DNA of 62,995 bases, filler included, from Choristocarpus tenellus KU-1152 (GCA_964200185.2; 10 parts of 10 records of this genome joined end to end with filler, not necessarily neighbours in it), one strand, 5' to 3'. Positions 25,062 through 38,820 are shown, counted from the whole stretch's first letter. Numbers and translations are program-made. The notes: a model not told the origin generated them from the letters alone.

Positions 25062-25464
25062 ATGTCGCAATCCTTCTTCTTATAGTAAACCTTGAGACTA
25101 GTCAATCACAGAACGCTCAAGTGTTGGTGTATTTCATGCATAAATTTCCTGTTCAAGCAACTGGTTGATACCTGCCTAGTTGCCATGGGACTGTCGGACT
25201 TAAGACACAGGAACGTCCAGTACATCTGATCTAATTGACCCCTCCCAAAAGATATAACCTGCCAAATCACCCCCCAAATGCTTCCACTTAGAGGCAGTGC
25301 CAAGGTAGATACGGCAAGCGAGTAATGCAGATCATTCTGCTATATATGTATATGTGTGTGTGAGTGTGTGTGTTTTGTTTTGCTCGCAAATTCTGGATTA
25401 TCATCTTTTTCTACATTTGTATTCCTCCCTATTCCCTTTTCTCCCCACATTCTAAAAACCCTTG

Positions 25465-25835
25465 TGACCAACCAGTGTGACCTCTTCGCCACTGATTTCC
25501 AGCCACCGCCCACCTCTGATGACCAACCAGGGCGAACCCCTTTCGCAACTGATTTCCAGTCACCCCCTACATCTGATGACCAACCAGGGCAAACCCCCTT
25601 CTCCCCTGATTTCCAGTCACCCCTGCATCTGATGACCAACCAGGGCGAACCCCCTTCGCCCCTTATTTCCAGTCACCCCTACATCTGATGATCAATCAGG
25701 GCGAATCCCCTTCGTCACTGATTTTTCGTCACCCCCCCATCCGATGACCAACCAGGGCGACCCCTTCACCACTGATTTCCACTCACCCCACCTATCCGAT
25801 GACCAACCAGTGCGAACCCTTTCGCCACTGATTTC
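25465..25835 (+). repeat. Minisatellite, ~56-58-bp unit, about 6.5 copies
   Basis: Unit approximately GATGACCAACCAGGGCGAACCCCTTCGCCACTGATTTCCAGTCACCCCTACATCT, directly abutting with no spacers. Confidence 0.92.
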
Positions 25836-26630
25836 CGGTCTCTACTACCCCTTTCAACCCTATCAACCCCACTCAACCTCACACTAGTTACCACTCCAGT
25901 CAACCCCACCCCACATACCACTCCACCGCACCATTCAATACCACTCAACACACCACTCCACAATCATCCAAGAACCCCCCCCCCCCCCTCATCCCCTTCA
26001 TACTGTGCCTTCGAGCTANNNNNNNNNNNNNNNNNNNNNNNNNNNNNNNNNNNNNNNNNNNNTTAATTAATTAANNNNNNNNNNNNNNNNNNNNNNNNNN
26101 NNNNNNNNNNNNNNNNNNCCCCCCCCCCCCCCCCCCCCCCCCGTAAGGCTTGTGCGACTCCACCCCCTCGGGTTTCTCTCTAAGGTGCTGTCTGAGCTGT
26201 CTGAGCAAATCCGTCCGTTCTTTATGGTAGGCCTCCCTGAGACCTCATCTGAGGCTGCTGAAATCTATACCCCAGCATAATGCCTCCTTTGGGTAGGCGT
26301 TGTCACTCACCTCTCTCACGAGAGGGTGCTATCCTGCTAGAGCCAACAAGGCAGGTATGATATCGAGGAAAACGCCTCAGAAGTAGCTGCTGCCATCCCT
26401 TCAAATCAAAGGCACATTGGTTCACTCTAGCCCTTCGAAAGGTGTGCTTGATGGTCGCTCTTGCTGGTGCAGGGCTCTCCTGAGGGGTGGGTAAGGCGGA
26501 GGAGAGGGGGTCCTCTTCACGGACAAGGTTCTTGCCTGGCGGTGGCGGTGATCAATATTCGATGATAAGACGCTTTAACCCTCTTTCAAACCCGTACAGC
26601 ACATTCGATGCTCGCGTGTTGCGCCGTCAC

Positions 26631-26700
26631 TGTATTAAGGTTGAGGTTGTATTAAGGTTGAGGTTGTATTAAGGTTGAGGTTGTATTAAGGTTGAGGTTG
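26631..26700 (+). repeat. 17-bp tandem repeat x4 (TGTATTAAGGTTGAGGT); a 19-bp unit x2.3 follows at ~26794-26837
   Basis: Directly visible perfect units. Confidence 0.9.
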
Positions 26701-27318
26701 CATCCGCCTCTATGAGGAGAGTGAAGAGTTGAGTCATTGGTCAACGCGCAATCGCAGTCGCAGTCGATACCCCGATCTTTTGAAATGGACGACACTTTCG
26801 AAGTAGTACGATACTTTCGAAGTAGTACGATACTTTCCCGCCCAAACATAACTACAAAAAAAAAAAAATAGACTTAACTTAGGGTTGGGGAGGGGAGGGG
26901 AGGGAAGGGGAGGGGTCTTTTGGTCAGCTTGTGCGTTGCGATCTTCTCTTTTGTTACTCCCATATATTGGATATTTTTCAATCAGAGGGTTGCTATTGGT
27001 CAGCTTGTGACGTGGCGACACGTTGACAAACCGGCTTTCTGTTTGAAAAAAAAAGAAGTTCGACTTGGAACGTCGTTTGCATCCTAATCACTCCCATCCC
27101 TGAATCCCTGCATGCGTAAAGTCACTTCTTCCTCCCCATTGCTCCCCTGCCCAACTACCTGGTGTAGTGTGTCTCCGTAAGAATGCCTTCTACGCACACT
27201 TGAAAATGCTTAGGTGTATATATGTCTACCTTGAAATTTCAAGCCTAAAATGTTTGTTCGTTGATTTTTCCGTTCATGCCTTCCATTTTGTACCAAACCC
27301 GTTTTTGTTACATTCGTA

Positions 27319-27597
27319 ATGCAAGTCACCCTGGTGGCTTCAGAGGGGCCCCCCAAGCTCAGAAACCTGTACTATGAAGAAGATGGTTCAGCCAAGAACA
27401 CGCATGATGCTAATGCCAACCCTGTGGCAGCCGTGGCGCATGCAGCTGCACAAATCCAGGCTGTGGACCCCCATGCACATGTTGTGGTCACAGAGATGAA
27501 TGATGGGGAGGGAAGGGTAGGGGGAGACGGGTTAGATTCTTCAAACAATGACCGGCCCAAGTGGTTATTGGGCTGTAGCTCCTGCACAATATCGTGA
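27319..27597 (+). CDS. Short ORF or terminal exon ending in a CaaX motif (CSSCTIS*)
   Basis: 92-aa ORF with protein-like composition and a terminal C-T-I-S-stop. The 5' boundary is uncertain (possible acceptor at ~27325). Confidence 0.45.
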   Translation: MQVTLVASEGPPKLRNLYYEEDGSAKNTHDANANPVAAVAHAAAQIQAVDPHAHVVVTEMNDGEGRVGGDGLDSSNNDRPKWLLGCSSCTIS

Positions 27598-30224
27598 CCC
27601 AGGAGTGAGATGGTGTTTTTTAGGAGGGAGAGTTGGAAAGGATGTTTGGGGGGGGGGGGCGGCTGGGGGGGGTGTTGGCCATTTTTTTAGGGGGGTTGTT
27701 TNNNNNNNNNNGGGTGTGTGGGGGGGGGGGGGGGGGGGGGGGGTGGGGGGGGGGGGGGGGGGGGGGGGGGTATGTCGACCATTTTTTTAGTGTGATAGTT
27801 TTTTGTCTCCAGAGGCAGAAGATGTCATTGGGTTTGTTTTGTTTTTCGTGGTGGGTGGAAGGCAAGTGCAACAACAACCCACCTTGTTTTGTGGTCAAGT
27901 CACTGGTGCCTAGGAAATATGTTCTCGTTTGGTATGTCAAAGAAATGGTACTGCTCACTGCACTTGGAGGGGTTTGAAACGGTTTTGTCTTCATCGCTCG
28001 TTTGTACGGACATGAAAGAGAGAGTCTAAAGGTGACTCTCTTGTATGGGAAGCGGGGAGCAAGTGGATGATTTTTCGTTGTACTGTTTGGATTGGACTAG
28101 GGAAGACCAAGATGTAATGATTCACCTGGCATTCCAAAGCCCTCTGCCAGCACAAGACACCTACAATGTACATGACGAAGGCTGCTTCGCCTGAGTCTTT
28201 GTTAGGGTGGATATCTTGTTTGACAGCTGTGGAGGAGTTCCTGTGTTTTTGTTTTCTGTGATTTGGCAAAGCCTGGGGAGGTAGGGGGTGGGGGTGAGGG
28301 GAGAGGGATCCCCTTCCCATGGGGATTTTTTTGTGCTTTGGCTGCATGCAAAATTGTGGGACGGGATGGTGAATTTCTTTGATTGTCCTTGGGTGTGCAC
28401 GATTTTGTAGAGGTATGGGAGCATCTAGATTACTTGTGGCGTGTGGTTTGTGCTGCTATAGGCTTGCCCAGGCACAAGTTTTATGACATGCTAGCCAGGA
28501 AATGTGCTGTTTAGTGTAGCAGCCACGTCCTTGGAGTAGTGTGTAATATGTTGAGGGACGCTAGTCAGCACATGGTTCAGCTCACCTGTTGAGCATGAAG
28601 GGTGATTTATATGGGGAGGGAGATGGGGGGATAGGGGATGGGGGCTGTGTAGGAAGGAGGTGAAGCTAATAGTGCAAACAAGTAGTTTGGGGAGAAGGCA
28701 AACAGAAAGTCCTTGGAAGGAGAGCTGTGTACTGCTTACTCTTGCACTCAGCTCTTCTGACTGGTTCATCTTGTTCGTGAAATATCATTTGGACCCAACT
28801 GTTTGGCCTTGATGTGATGAGCCAAGGGTATGACAGAATGCCCACAAGACAGTGCGGTTGAATCAGATGGAGGGGAGGTTTCTGCCCATGATTGATGTAA
28901 GAATATGTTGTACTTTGGAATGGTGCGATGCGCTCATAGCGGGGAAAATGGTACGCTGTGTGTGTTTCTTGGTTATAAATGTTGGGTGATTTTGTGTGTC
29001 ACCTATCTGTGTTTGGTCGATCTTTCCTTGTTTTTCTGCCACACACCCACCTCCCCTACCGCCTTGCCCTGGTGCACCAACAAGTGACCACATTATTGGG
29101 ATGTACTCTAGGACTATATTTGGGGTCTGGAGAGTTCCACCTTGAATAAGTAGGAGGTCAGACAGGAGTTGATAGTTGATCGAAAGGAGTCATCGCCTCC
29201 ATTGTCACACCTTCTCGTGACCAAGTACAAGTACGGTGATGATGGCAAGTTCTACCTGACGTTAGTGATAGAGTGGAATTATCTCAGATTTTCCCCAGTG
29301 CTTTGAACACGCATGTTAAATTTTGTTGTAAATTAAACAAGACGTAATAATTTGGTGCGGAAACAAGTAATGTGCCTTACTTCTATGTTCTTCCCGAAAA
29401 TTAGTATTTTGTGAGTGTATACTCTTTTTTGTTTCTTCCGTAATTTTCCTGGAAAGGTGGAGCACATGGGGATATACAGGGGCGGGAGCAAGTTGGGCCA
29501 AGTGCATACAATACATACAAACACAAAGTGGGCACGCTGCTACCTACTTCTTGATTGAGGGAAGGTTCTTAATTGTGTCCTTGCGAGTAGCCTTCTTTGG
29601 TCTTGTAGTTTTGTCTTTCAAAACTTAGTAGTGGGATGCGTGCTGCATCATGTTTCAATGATGAGAAGTAGGAGGAAGATTAGCTTTGTGAGTGATGATG
29701 ATAGTAGATGATAATAGATTTATGTACTCAGGGCAAGAAGCAACCTATTGTATATATTAATAACTTCACAGCAGACAACTTATAGAATATGACGTGTTGA
29801 GCGTTTGAAAAGTAATATGATGCATGCTGCGTAATACTTCATTGTTTGTAGAGGGGAGGGGGAGGAAAGTGATATAAATAATGAATGAATGACTGAATAT
29901 CGGTTGCCTTTAGGGTGTATGTGTCACCACTTATTATACTACTTTCTACTATACGAAGAGTCCATCCATTGGAGCAATCACAAGGAACTGGATTTGTCTT
30001 TTTCATCTTGCTGAACCCTGCTCTGCGGTCCTCTCTTCATAATCAATAGTTTTACCAGGATCACCTTCCACTCGAAATTGAAAAGATATTTATCACATTA
30101 TTTTCTCGAAGCTGTTGGATGTTTTTTACCCGAGTTCGAGTCTATCTGACTCGGTATGAGCTGAAATCTGGTCTCCACCATAACCCCTTTTTAGCAAAGG
30201 CAAAATAATAATAGGAGAGATACT

Positions 30225-31757
30225 GTTCGTAGATGGAGTGCCTCTGATACACAAAGACACCACCGGTGGATTATGTAATAGGATGGAGAGCCAGTGACAG
30301 ATATATTATTTGTACTGACTCATAGTGTCCATTGATTTTTATGTCATATTCAAGATACACTTTCTATACTTAAAACAAGTTAATAAGTGAACCATAGTGA
30401 ATTAGTGTGGACGATTGCAAACCCCACACTCTAGAAATAATAATGATAGGTTAGGCTCGTCTTACCCACCAAATCAGTCAAAGGAATTGAGACCACAAGC
30501 CCCCTTGTATTATTAACATTGCACATCTACACCAAGCTATTCGCCGTCTTTCATCAAAGCACCAAAGCCGCGGGTCCAGCGTAGGATACTTCAGCAGTTA
30601 CCTCCTCACCCTGGCTGAGGTGCAAGAAGGAATAGGTTTGAGACACGGGAAGGCAGTAGTACGACATAGTAGTAAAATAGGAAATAGGAAATAGATTAAC
30701 ATTTTTCACTTTTGTGACAACTCTTACTTCCTTAAGGATTTTTCAGATATGTGAATAGTTTTCAGTAGTAGTAGTAGTTTTTCCTCTGGCACATCTACAA
30801 GATGTCAGACAGCATAATAACATAATAGGAGAAAGAGTAATGAAAAGGTTGCATCCCTTGCTTTATGATCTCTTCATTACCTGGTTCTTCTTCTATACCT
30901 CAAAATGATTGATTTCAAGGTTCAAACCAATTCAAGATTTTCTTGGGATTTATCCTCTTCAAAATCTTGTAACGTGGTACAAGTAGCTTCGCCCTCTCTG
31001 CCAATCCTGGTTTTTTTCACTGGAACGCCACAACAGTTATACAACAATGTATATATATTAAATGAAAGTGTATGACAAGAGCCTTTGAAGGTTTGTATCC
31101 AAGAATGTCCAGGCTTCAGGGAACGGGAGCTATGCCCCGATCAAAGCATGGAAAAAAAACGGGGGGGAATATCCCCGGGGCAATTTTGAAGGTCACGACT
31201 TCAAAACGGACAAAAATGAAGTTGTTGGCTGAACTCTTGCAAAAACCTGATCCGGGGTACGTTGCTGCCCAAGTTTGGGCAGTGTGGCGATACCAAGAAC
31301 AAAAGAAATATTTCCGAACATTTTTTTTACGCCTTTTGCAGACTTCCTGTGAGCACACACATACATGTGTGACTTACATAGCATCATGTGTTCCTAGATA
31401 GTGCTGCTGATACACTAGACATCACCGGTGGATTATGTAATAGGATGGAGAGCCAGTGACAGATGTATTATATGTACTGACTCATAGTGTCCATTGATTT
31501 TTATGTCGTGTTCAAGATACACTTTCTATACATAAAACAAGTTTTAAAGTGAATCATAGTGAATTAGTGTGGACGATTGCAAACCCCACACCATAGAAAT
31601 GACAATGATAGTTCAGGCTTGTCTCGCCCACCTATTCAGTCAACGGAATTGAGACCACAAGCCCCTTGTAATATTAACATTACATATCTACATCAAGCTA
31701 TTCATTGTCTTTCATCAAAGCACCAAGGTCGCGGGTCCAGTATGGAATATTTCAACA
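30225..31757 (+). repeat. Diverged ~370-bp direct duplication (30225-30596 and ~31390-31757)
   Basis: Shared long words such as CACCGGTGGATTATGTAATAGGATGGAGAGCCAGTGACAGAT and GTCTTTCATCAAAGCACCAA. Confidence 0.9.
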
Positions 31758-33602
31758 ACATGAACCACGATGGTGTGATAAGGTGAGCCACCACCACTCT
31801 GCTCCCTAGGTCTATCCTTGACCCTTCTCTGTGGAGAGGCAACGGAAAAGTAGGTACCGTGTGACACTCTGTGCAATCTTAGGTGATGAGAAAGTGCCGA
31901 GTATTGTGGCGCAGCAGCATGATCAAATCGCGAAATGAATCACGGGGCGGCGACACTGACGCTGAGAGAAGATGCATTGAAAATATTACCACACAAACGC
32001 GGTTGGATCTCCAACCACGTCAGAGCACTGCCCTGCAGTCTCTGCCACCACGGGAAAGCAGGAAGAGAGCGGCAAGTCCATCACCAGGTGTAGTACAGTG
32101 ACGAAGTCTGTGGGAAGCCTGGTCAAGGCGAGCGAAGAAGGGAGAACTGGGGTGGCCACCTGAAGGGAATATTGGGGAGGAGAGCAGTGCAACTGTATTC
32201 CATTGCACTCAGGAAATACCTAAGTGAAAACCCGGGTGTAGAATATCTTAGTAGTCGACAGTCGCAGGAGGCCCTAGCTGTTTGGAAGCTGTGCGAGTCA
32301 GAGTGGCTTAAGAAGGGTCAATGTATCTGGGGGGGGGGGGGGGGGGGTGGGGGGGGGGGTCCGTTTGGGTCAAACAACTTTTTTTNNNNNNNNNNNNNNN
32401 NNNNNNNNNNNNNNNNNNNNNNNNNNNNNTTAATTAATTAANNNNNNNNNNNNNNNNNNNNNNNNNNNNNNNNNNNNNNNNNNNNCAAAAAAGTGAAAAT
32501 CGAAAAAAGGGTGAAAAACGGACGCCGACACCCTCCCCCAGAAAATTTGACCCCAAGATGAACCATAACCGAGAGTACAAGGTTAAGGTTGGACAAATAC
32601 TGGACTGCAAGGACTTATAGATAAAATTGCGGAGTGATGAGCATCTTCAGAGAGGGGGATTCATCACCACAAGTCAAGACGTGAGAACAAAGTGAATCTT
32701 TCATGTTTGACAACTCTGAATGAGGAGCAGTCCCATTTCTGTGGAACTGGTCTCTTGAAGAGATTCCATGGTTTCATTCTGACGGAAGATCTGCCAGTGG
32801 AATCATGGATGCTTGACAAGGGGCCTCAATCAGTACAAATGTACACCAGTCCACCGGTATAACGGTATATCAACAAACAAACATGCCTTCCACATCACCC
32901 CCCCTTTTGATCGGCCTTGAAGCCATGTAAACATTATTCAATTTCAACCAAAAGGTGAGCTCTGGGAGCGAAATGGGAAACATGTGTAGCTGTTAGTATA
33001 CAATTGCACCATTTTACTACACTACTCCATAAATACAAAATGAAGTGTAATATATAGACAAGGCACATAATGAATATATGATCAGGATAACATTAGCTTA
33101 AGGTTGATGGTGTGTGGTCAGCACACCAATCAAGCTTACGAGGTCTGAGAGTATGGGATCAGCATATCAATCAGCCTAAAGACGAGGCAAGACATATATG
33201 TGGTCAGCATATAGGGTCTCAATTATCTTGTATAAAACAGAGGATATACTCAGAATGGAGATACGAGGAGCAAACACTATACACGATGTCACAAAACGGT
33301 TTGACTAGTGTTTGTGATTCGACATTGCTATACGAGTGTTATATGATGATTTGATCACCACTCCGATGCATGAGAATAACATCGCATGTTACATGACCAA
33401 ATCAGCACAGCAAACGACGAAATCAAACGTGTGCACCCATTCCCCTTCCTCAATTCAGACATGGATATTGCTCACGACAACAATATTCCAAGTGGACAAC
33501 TCGGATGTAAGATATTTGTGGCTCAACTCTCCTAAAACAATACGAGGTGACTGTACAGTCATTACATCATGTCGGGGGGATCATGCCATTCGAAAAAATA
33601 TA

Positions 33603-33829
33603 GAGTGAAAGTATCTCAGAGGGTAGGAGTTTTGCCCTGTTTGTCCATTTGGGGCGTGACTCCGAAACGTTTCCGAGTAGGTAAAATGCATACGTTATGA
33701 AAAGCTGTGTCTGGAACAAGGATGTTGACACTTCCTAATAAACACGATAGCAAAAATTACATCAAAATTTTAACATTGGATTTTGGTCGCCAAACGGACG
33801 CGGCTCTACCCTCCAAGATACTTTGAATC
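33603..33829 (+). mobile_element. MITE family A, internally deleted
   Basis: Both termini present with ~30 bp missing internally. Further derivatives at ~35069-35169 and ~16390-16445. Confidence 0.82.
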
Positions 33830-35591
33830 AAAATAAATAACATGTATGAATCACCTGAAGCCTCCTTCTCTTACCTAGTGGTAGACTTGAATCTTATTTT
33901 TTGTTTAGGATGGGGTTAGTCAGTTCATGATGATCAATAAATCCATGTCATGAAAGCGTGACATGATGTAATGAACAGTCACTTATAGCACACAAGTGCT
34001 AATGTGTTAATGTGCCCAGTGATGCAGTCTCTTCACCACCGCATGTGTCCACTCATGCGAACGAGGAGAGTTGAAAGATAACATTAATTGTATTACTAAC
34101 TAAATCCACCAATATTTATGTAGCCTATTAGCAAAGATTGATAAACCTGGTAAACACGAGATGCCAATTCAGACCTGGTCGTGAACAGGTTAATTGACAT
34201 CTGTTACCAGTTATCCCATCTCTTCACAAAATGATAGCCATTGGTTTCCCCCCTGACACATCTGCAAAATGTCAGAGGGCATAATAATAATAATAATAGT
34301 AGACTATACCCATCTATGACAAAATGACACACAAACGATTTGCCTAAACTAGATGGTCAACCTATGCAAAGGATTACGGTATGTGGGTACCAAGAGATCC
34401 AGCCAAGACACAGAAGTCATAAAAAGAAAATTTATTAAAAATCAAATAAAAGAAATAAAAAATTGGCAGGGATCTGTACTGCAAATATATACAATAATAT
34501 CTTTACTGAAGCGATAGGTTACAACATTACGGCAATGCATGGAATATAGACTAAATACGACATATGTATAGTTTTCATTGGTTTCCCCCCTGACGCATCT
34601 GCAAAATGTCAGAGGGCATAATAATAATATATACAGACTATGTAAAGGAGTATGATAACAGTTAATACGATTTCTCAAGTCGATAGATAACATTAGTGGA
34701 CGAACAACGATCAGGACCAGGTCTATGTCCAACAATGCTATCAATAGTGTATTGGTCAATAATAGGTTGAGAGATTTGATGGTCTACATAACAGTGGATT
34801 TTAATAATTGAGGATGGAGCGTACTTTTGAGGATGGTTTTGACCGAAAATGCTGCGGAAAAAGTGCCGATACGTTTTTTTTGTAAACGTTGCAGCACTTT
34901 TTAAGCGCCACTTTTTGAATGGGAATCCATGCCGAAGGTGGTAGTAGGACATACTTAATTGATCTTGTACGTTTCCAATGTCCAGAAACCAAAAGGTCAA
35001 AAAAAAAATGGCACCCTCCAATTTTTTGAGATTCAAAATCTGAAATTGTTGGACATTTGTATTCTTAAAGAGTAAAACTATCTTAGAGGGTACACGATAG
35101 CCAAAATTACATCAAAATCACAACATTTTATTTTGACCCCCAAATGGACACGGCTCTGCCCTCTAAGATNNNNNNNNNNNNNNNNNNNNNNNNNNNNNNN
35201 NNNNNNNNNNNNNTTAATTAATTAANNNNNNNNNNNNNNNNNNNNNNNNNNNNNNNNNNNNNNNNNNNNGGGGCCTAGTAGGTCTCCCTGTTGGACCCCA
35301 GATCTCGATGGTAGAATCTTCGTCCCTCCATCTAAGGGGAAAAGAAGATTCCTTGTATTCCCATATACCTAGTATTAATAGTGCATGGTTTATTGGAAGT
35401 GTGTTGCAAGATCGCATATTTGTTATTAACAAAAATATATATATATATATATATATTATTATTTATACATAAAATATCAACTTGAAGGAAGAACCATACC
35501 GTTGTCACATATTTACCGTTAGCTTAATGTTAAGGGGGGGGGGAGTGGGACGATCGACAACAGGGTAAACGACGATTTCACTGTGAGCACG

Positions 35592-36173
35592 ATGGAGGCG
35601 CTCCTAGCTAGAGATTTTGGTGACGTACAGAACGACCCTAAACTTAAGGTGAGTTTCTAGGATTGATACGGCAGTTGCAGGAGCCGTGCGACTGAGGTGA
35701 GGATATCAATTTTATCATTGGCAAATTCTGAAACCACAACTACAGACACCATGCTTGTCTCCATCTCGCAATGTTATTTTTCCCCTATAAAGGGGGAAAG
35801 TCAGGTTGATGGATATGGTCGCATCCCTTTCTTTTTGTGTTGTCTCCTGTTGTGTCAAAACAGTTGATATTCTGCGCCAGCCCATGACCGTCTTTCCCAT
35901 CCCTTCCACCAACAGACAGCAAAACCTAAGCTTAAAGACAGTAGCTTCTTCACTTGGGTATTTAGCGCACCCGGGGGAAAGGGAACGAGTTGGGAGGGCC
36001 TAGTGTACGATGTAGAAATAAGGTTCAGCCGACGGCACCCATTCGAACCACCTGTGGTGAGCTTCCCACGTACGCGAAGGAACGTCGCCAACCCTGGACA
36101 CCCAGATGTTGACATGACTGGGCGTCTACGTTTGCAAAAGCTGAGCTTTGACAAGTGGTTTCCGACAGTGAAG
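35592..36173 (+). CDS. Ubiquitin-conjugating (E2) fold protein, UBE2U-like, lacking the catalytic Cys; first two exons
   Basis: Exon 35592-35648 (MEALLARDFGDVQNDPKLK, donor GTGAGT) joins phase 0 to 35916-36173 (TAKPKLKDSSFFTWVFSAPGGKGTSWEGLVYDVEIRFSRRHPFEPPVVSF...HPDVDMTGRLRLQKLSFDKWFPTVK, donor GTAGGC). Downstream exons were not identified. Confidence 0.8.
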
Positions 36174-38127
36174 GTAGGCAGCGGTGGCGATTTGGTAGGA
36201 CGTTGACATGGTGAAAATGAGTCTCTGCTTCAGCGTTTAAATTGGTTGTTACCCCCTAAATGTCTCCCCATCTGTATATAGCTCCTTCAGGGGGAGGTCT
36301 TCATTCCTTCATTTTTGCCGCATTAAGAAGATGCAGGGGCTTAAGTAGCACGTAATTCAGTATTCCTTTACAAGTGGAGGCGACTGACACTATCCTGCCA
36401 GACGAGCTCCGGCAAGTGAGTTATTTGCAGAGGTCAATCCTCACCTATGTCGTTTGGTGTAAGGTCGATTTGTGCATACACGAAACAGCATGACATACAG
36501 TGGGTAACTCCTGCTCATAAGTAGAACGGTTGGGTGGGTGAGGTTTATGGCCTATCAAACATTTTTTATGTTCAAATTGCTCGTGTGGATTCCACCCATC
36601 TTTGAAGGTGTGTAAGTGCATGAAGCCAGTCCTTTTCCTCAGTGGGGAGGCAAGAGGTGTCTCAGTGATAAACCGCTGGTTTATGCCACCCACCGTTGAT
36701 GTTTCTATCAGGCTTCCACTGTGGTTGGTTGGGTGTTCCAGCTATTTGAGACGGAGCCCCCTAGCATCACAAGCGGTAGCAGTTGCCCTTTCACGAGCCT
36801 GTCCTCACAATGCATAACACAGGTGGGTGCTGTGAAGCACATATGCACGTATAACAAGTCTGCAGCATACTTTCGTGTGTAGTTTGTGTGACTCCTTCAA
36901 AAGCATTTTTATAGGAATGAATTTGTATTGCCAAGTATCATACGAATGATCTGTGTTGCTTTCGAGGCTTCTATAGGTGCATGAAGGTGTTGTATGCCTC
37001 ACAACTGGTAATGCTAACAATGGTTTTAGAGTCATAGTGGCCTTAAGAGCTGAATACGCACTGGTGTGAAGGCCAACACCAAGTGTGCTGCATGGTCTGT
37101 GATGATTGTCAAGATATAGATGCAGTTGGTGTGACAAGGTAGAGACTATAGTTTGGAATCTGACATGCTCAACAAAGTTCACATATCAGTTTCTGGCTTC
37201 TGGCCACAGGTCCTTGGCTTCCTTGATGCTGGAAACCTATGCAGGATGTCTACAACAGGAAAACATATGCTCTCCCTCTGCTTCGAGGAGGTGTGGTGAG
37301 GGGGGCAAGGAAGGGAAGGTCAAGGGTAGTTTCTGTGATTTTGGCAATGAATCTCCAATGGAAACCCACACAGTTCAGGACCATTTTTAAAACACAGTTG
37401 TTCCTGCAGTTGTTGTCTTAGCTAAGAGAAGGGGTGTAATGTTTATACGTCACTTAGACATCGGAGTAGATTTTGCCCTCAGTCTCTCTTGAGGCAAAGG
37501 CGCAGGTGCCTCTTTTGTCCCCTCAATCTATTGAGACTGTAAGGTCTCCCCCCACTGCCTCACCTACTTCTCTTGATGCAATGCTGTTTCTATGTACAAA
37601 TAATGTTTGTGCTTGGTTGTGTAAAGAGGTGAATGGAATGGAATAAATTTGACGTCGCACGCAGCAGTAAACGCTCGTTTGTAAATTTGAACTTCCCTTT
37701 CCTTGCACCATCTCCTACCTGGTACTAGCTTTTTTGTTGTTAATTGTGGCATGTGTGATGGTTGCATGCAGCACTATTATGAGTCAGGTTTCTGACATTA
37801 TGGCCAACTTATGATCTGCCCCGTTCCTCCCACCTATCTGTCCCCGCCAACCCAAACATTGTTTTAGTCAATATGGGCAAACCTATACTACCAATGTGGC
37901 ATATTTCCTGCTTCGTTGCTGGGGCAGGGTGGACCTAAGGGGGGATGCTATCCTCTCAGAGTGATGAGCCTAACAGGAAAGTGGTTCTGGAAAGGGGCTA
38001 GGGAGGTGTTTATCAGGTGTGTCTTTATTTTAATAGGACTAAATAAGACATGCGTCAGACAGTAGTATTGTTGTTAAAATCCTGCTGCTCAATAGACATT
38101 GGGTGCTCACCTTCATAAGCGTATTCC

Positions 38128-38168
<41 letters not shown>

Positions 38169-38820
38169 TTTGTGTGGGTATTGATTCGAAAACAGGGCCC
38201 ATGAGATGAAGCGAGCATTTTCTGGGAAACACTGTGCTCCATACTTGACCCAGGAGGCGTTTGCTTCCAGAGAGATAAACAGTCTAATGCTGTCTGCATC
38301 AAGATTGCTAGCTGATATACACAGGTGATGTCTCACCCGTCTTTTCTGCCATTCATGACTGTACATATAGCACTACTCTACTTTTAACAGGTTTGCATCA
38401 CTCATTCCAATTGAAGTGATTTGATGCGACTAACCCTTTCACTGAGCTGCTTGCTTTCTTGTGGATTGCTCGAGGCAGGCTTAGGGTTACGATTTGTTTG
38501 TTTTTTTAGTGGCAGCAGCAACCTTGCTCCCGGAAGTGTTATTAGAGTCAGAATCTCAACGATTGTTTCGGGCTTAGGGTTAGGGATAAGGTTATGTTCG
38601 TTTTTTTTATTAAGCGGCACGTTTTTCCGGTGTGTGTTGGGGATGGAGCTGTGACTGAGTCCCCTCCCCCCTGACGTGTGCAACCTTATCCCATTCTCCT
38701 CTTGTTCTACCCCCCCCCCCNNNNNNNNNNNNNNNNNNNNNNNNNNNNNNNNNNNNNNNNNNNNTTAATTAATTAANNNNNNNNNNNNNNNNNNNNNNNN
38801 NNNNNNNNNNNNNNNNNNNN

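Noticed and set aside
25465-25835. CRISPR-like array
   Set aside because: Units abut with no unique spacers, there are no cas genes, and the context is eukaryotic; it is a minisatellite.
27548-27994. Gly-rich and Pro-rich ORFs
   Set aside because: Translations of a poly-G tract containing an N gap.
36250-38400. Possible decayed non-LTR retrotransposon on the minus strand
   Set aside because: Coding-like stretches broken by stops, but no diagnostic RT or endonuclease motif I can support; needs tBLASTx.
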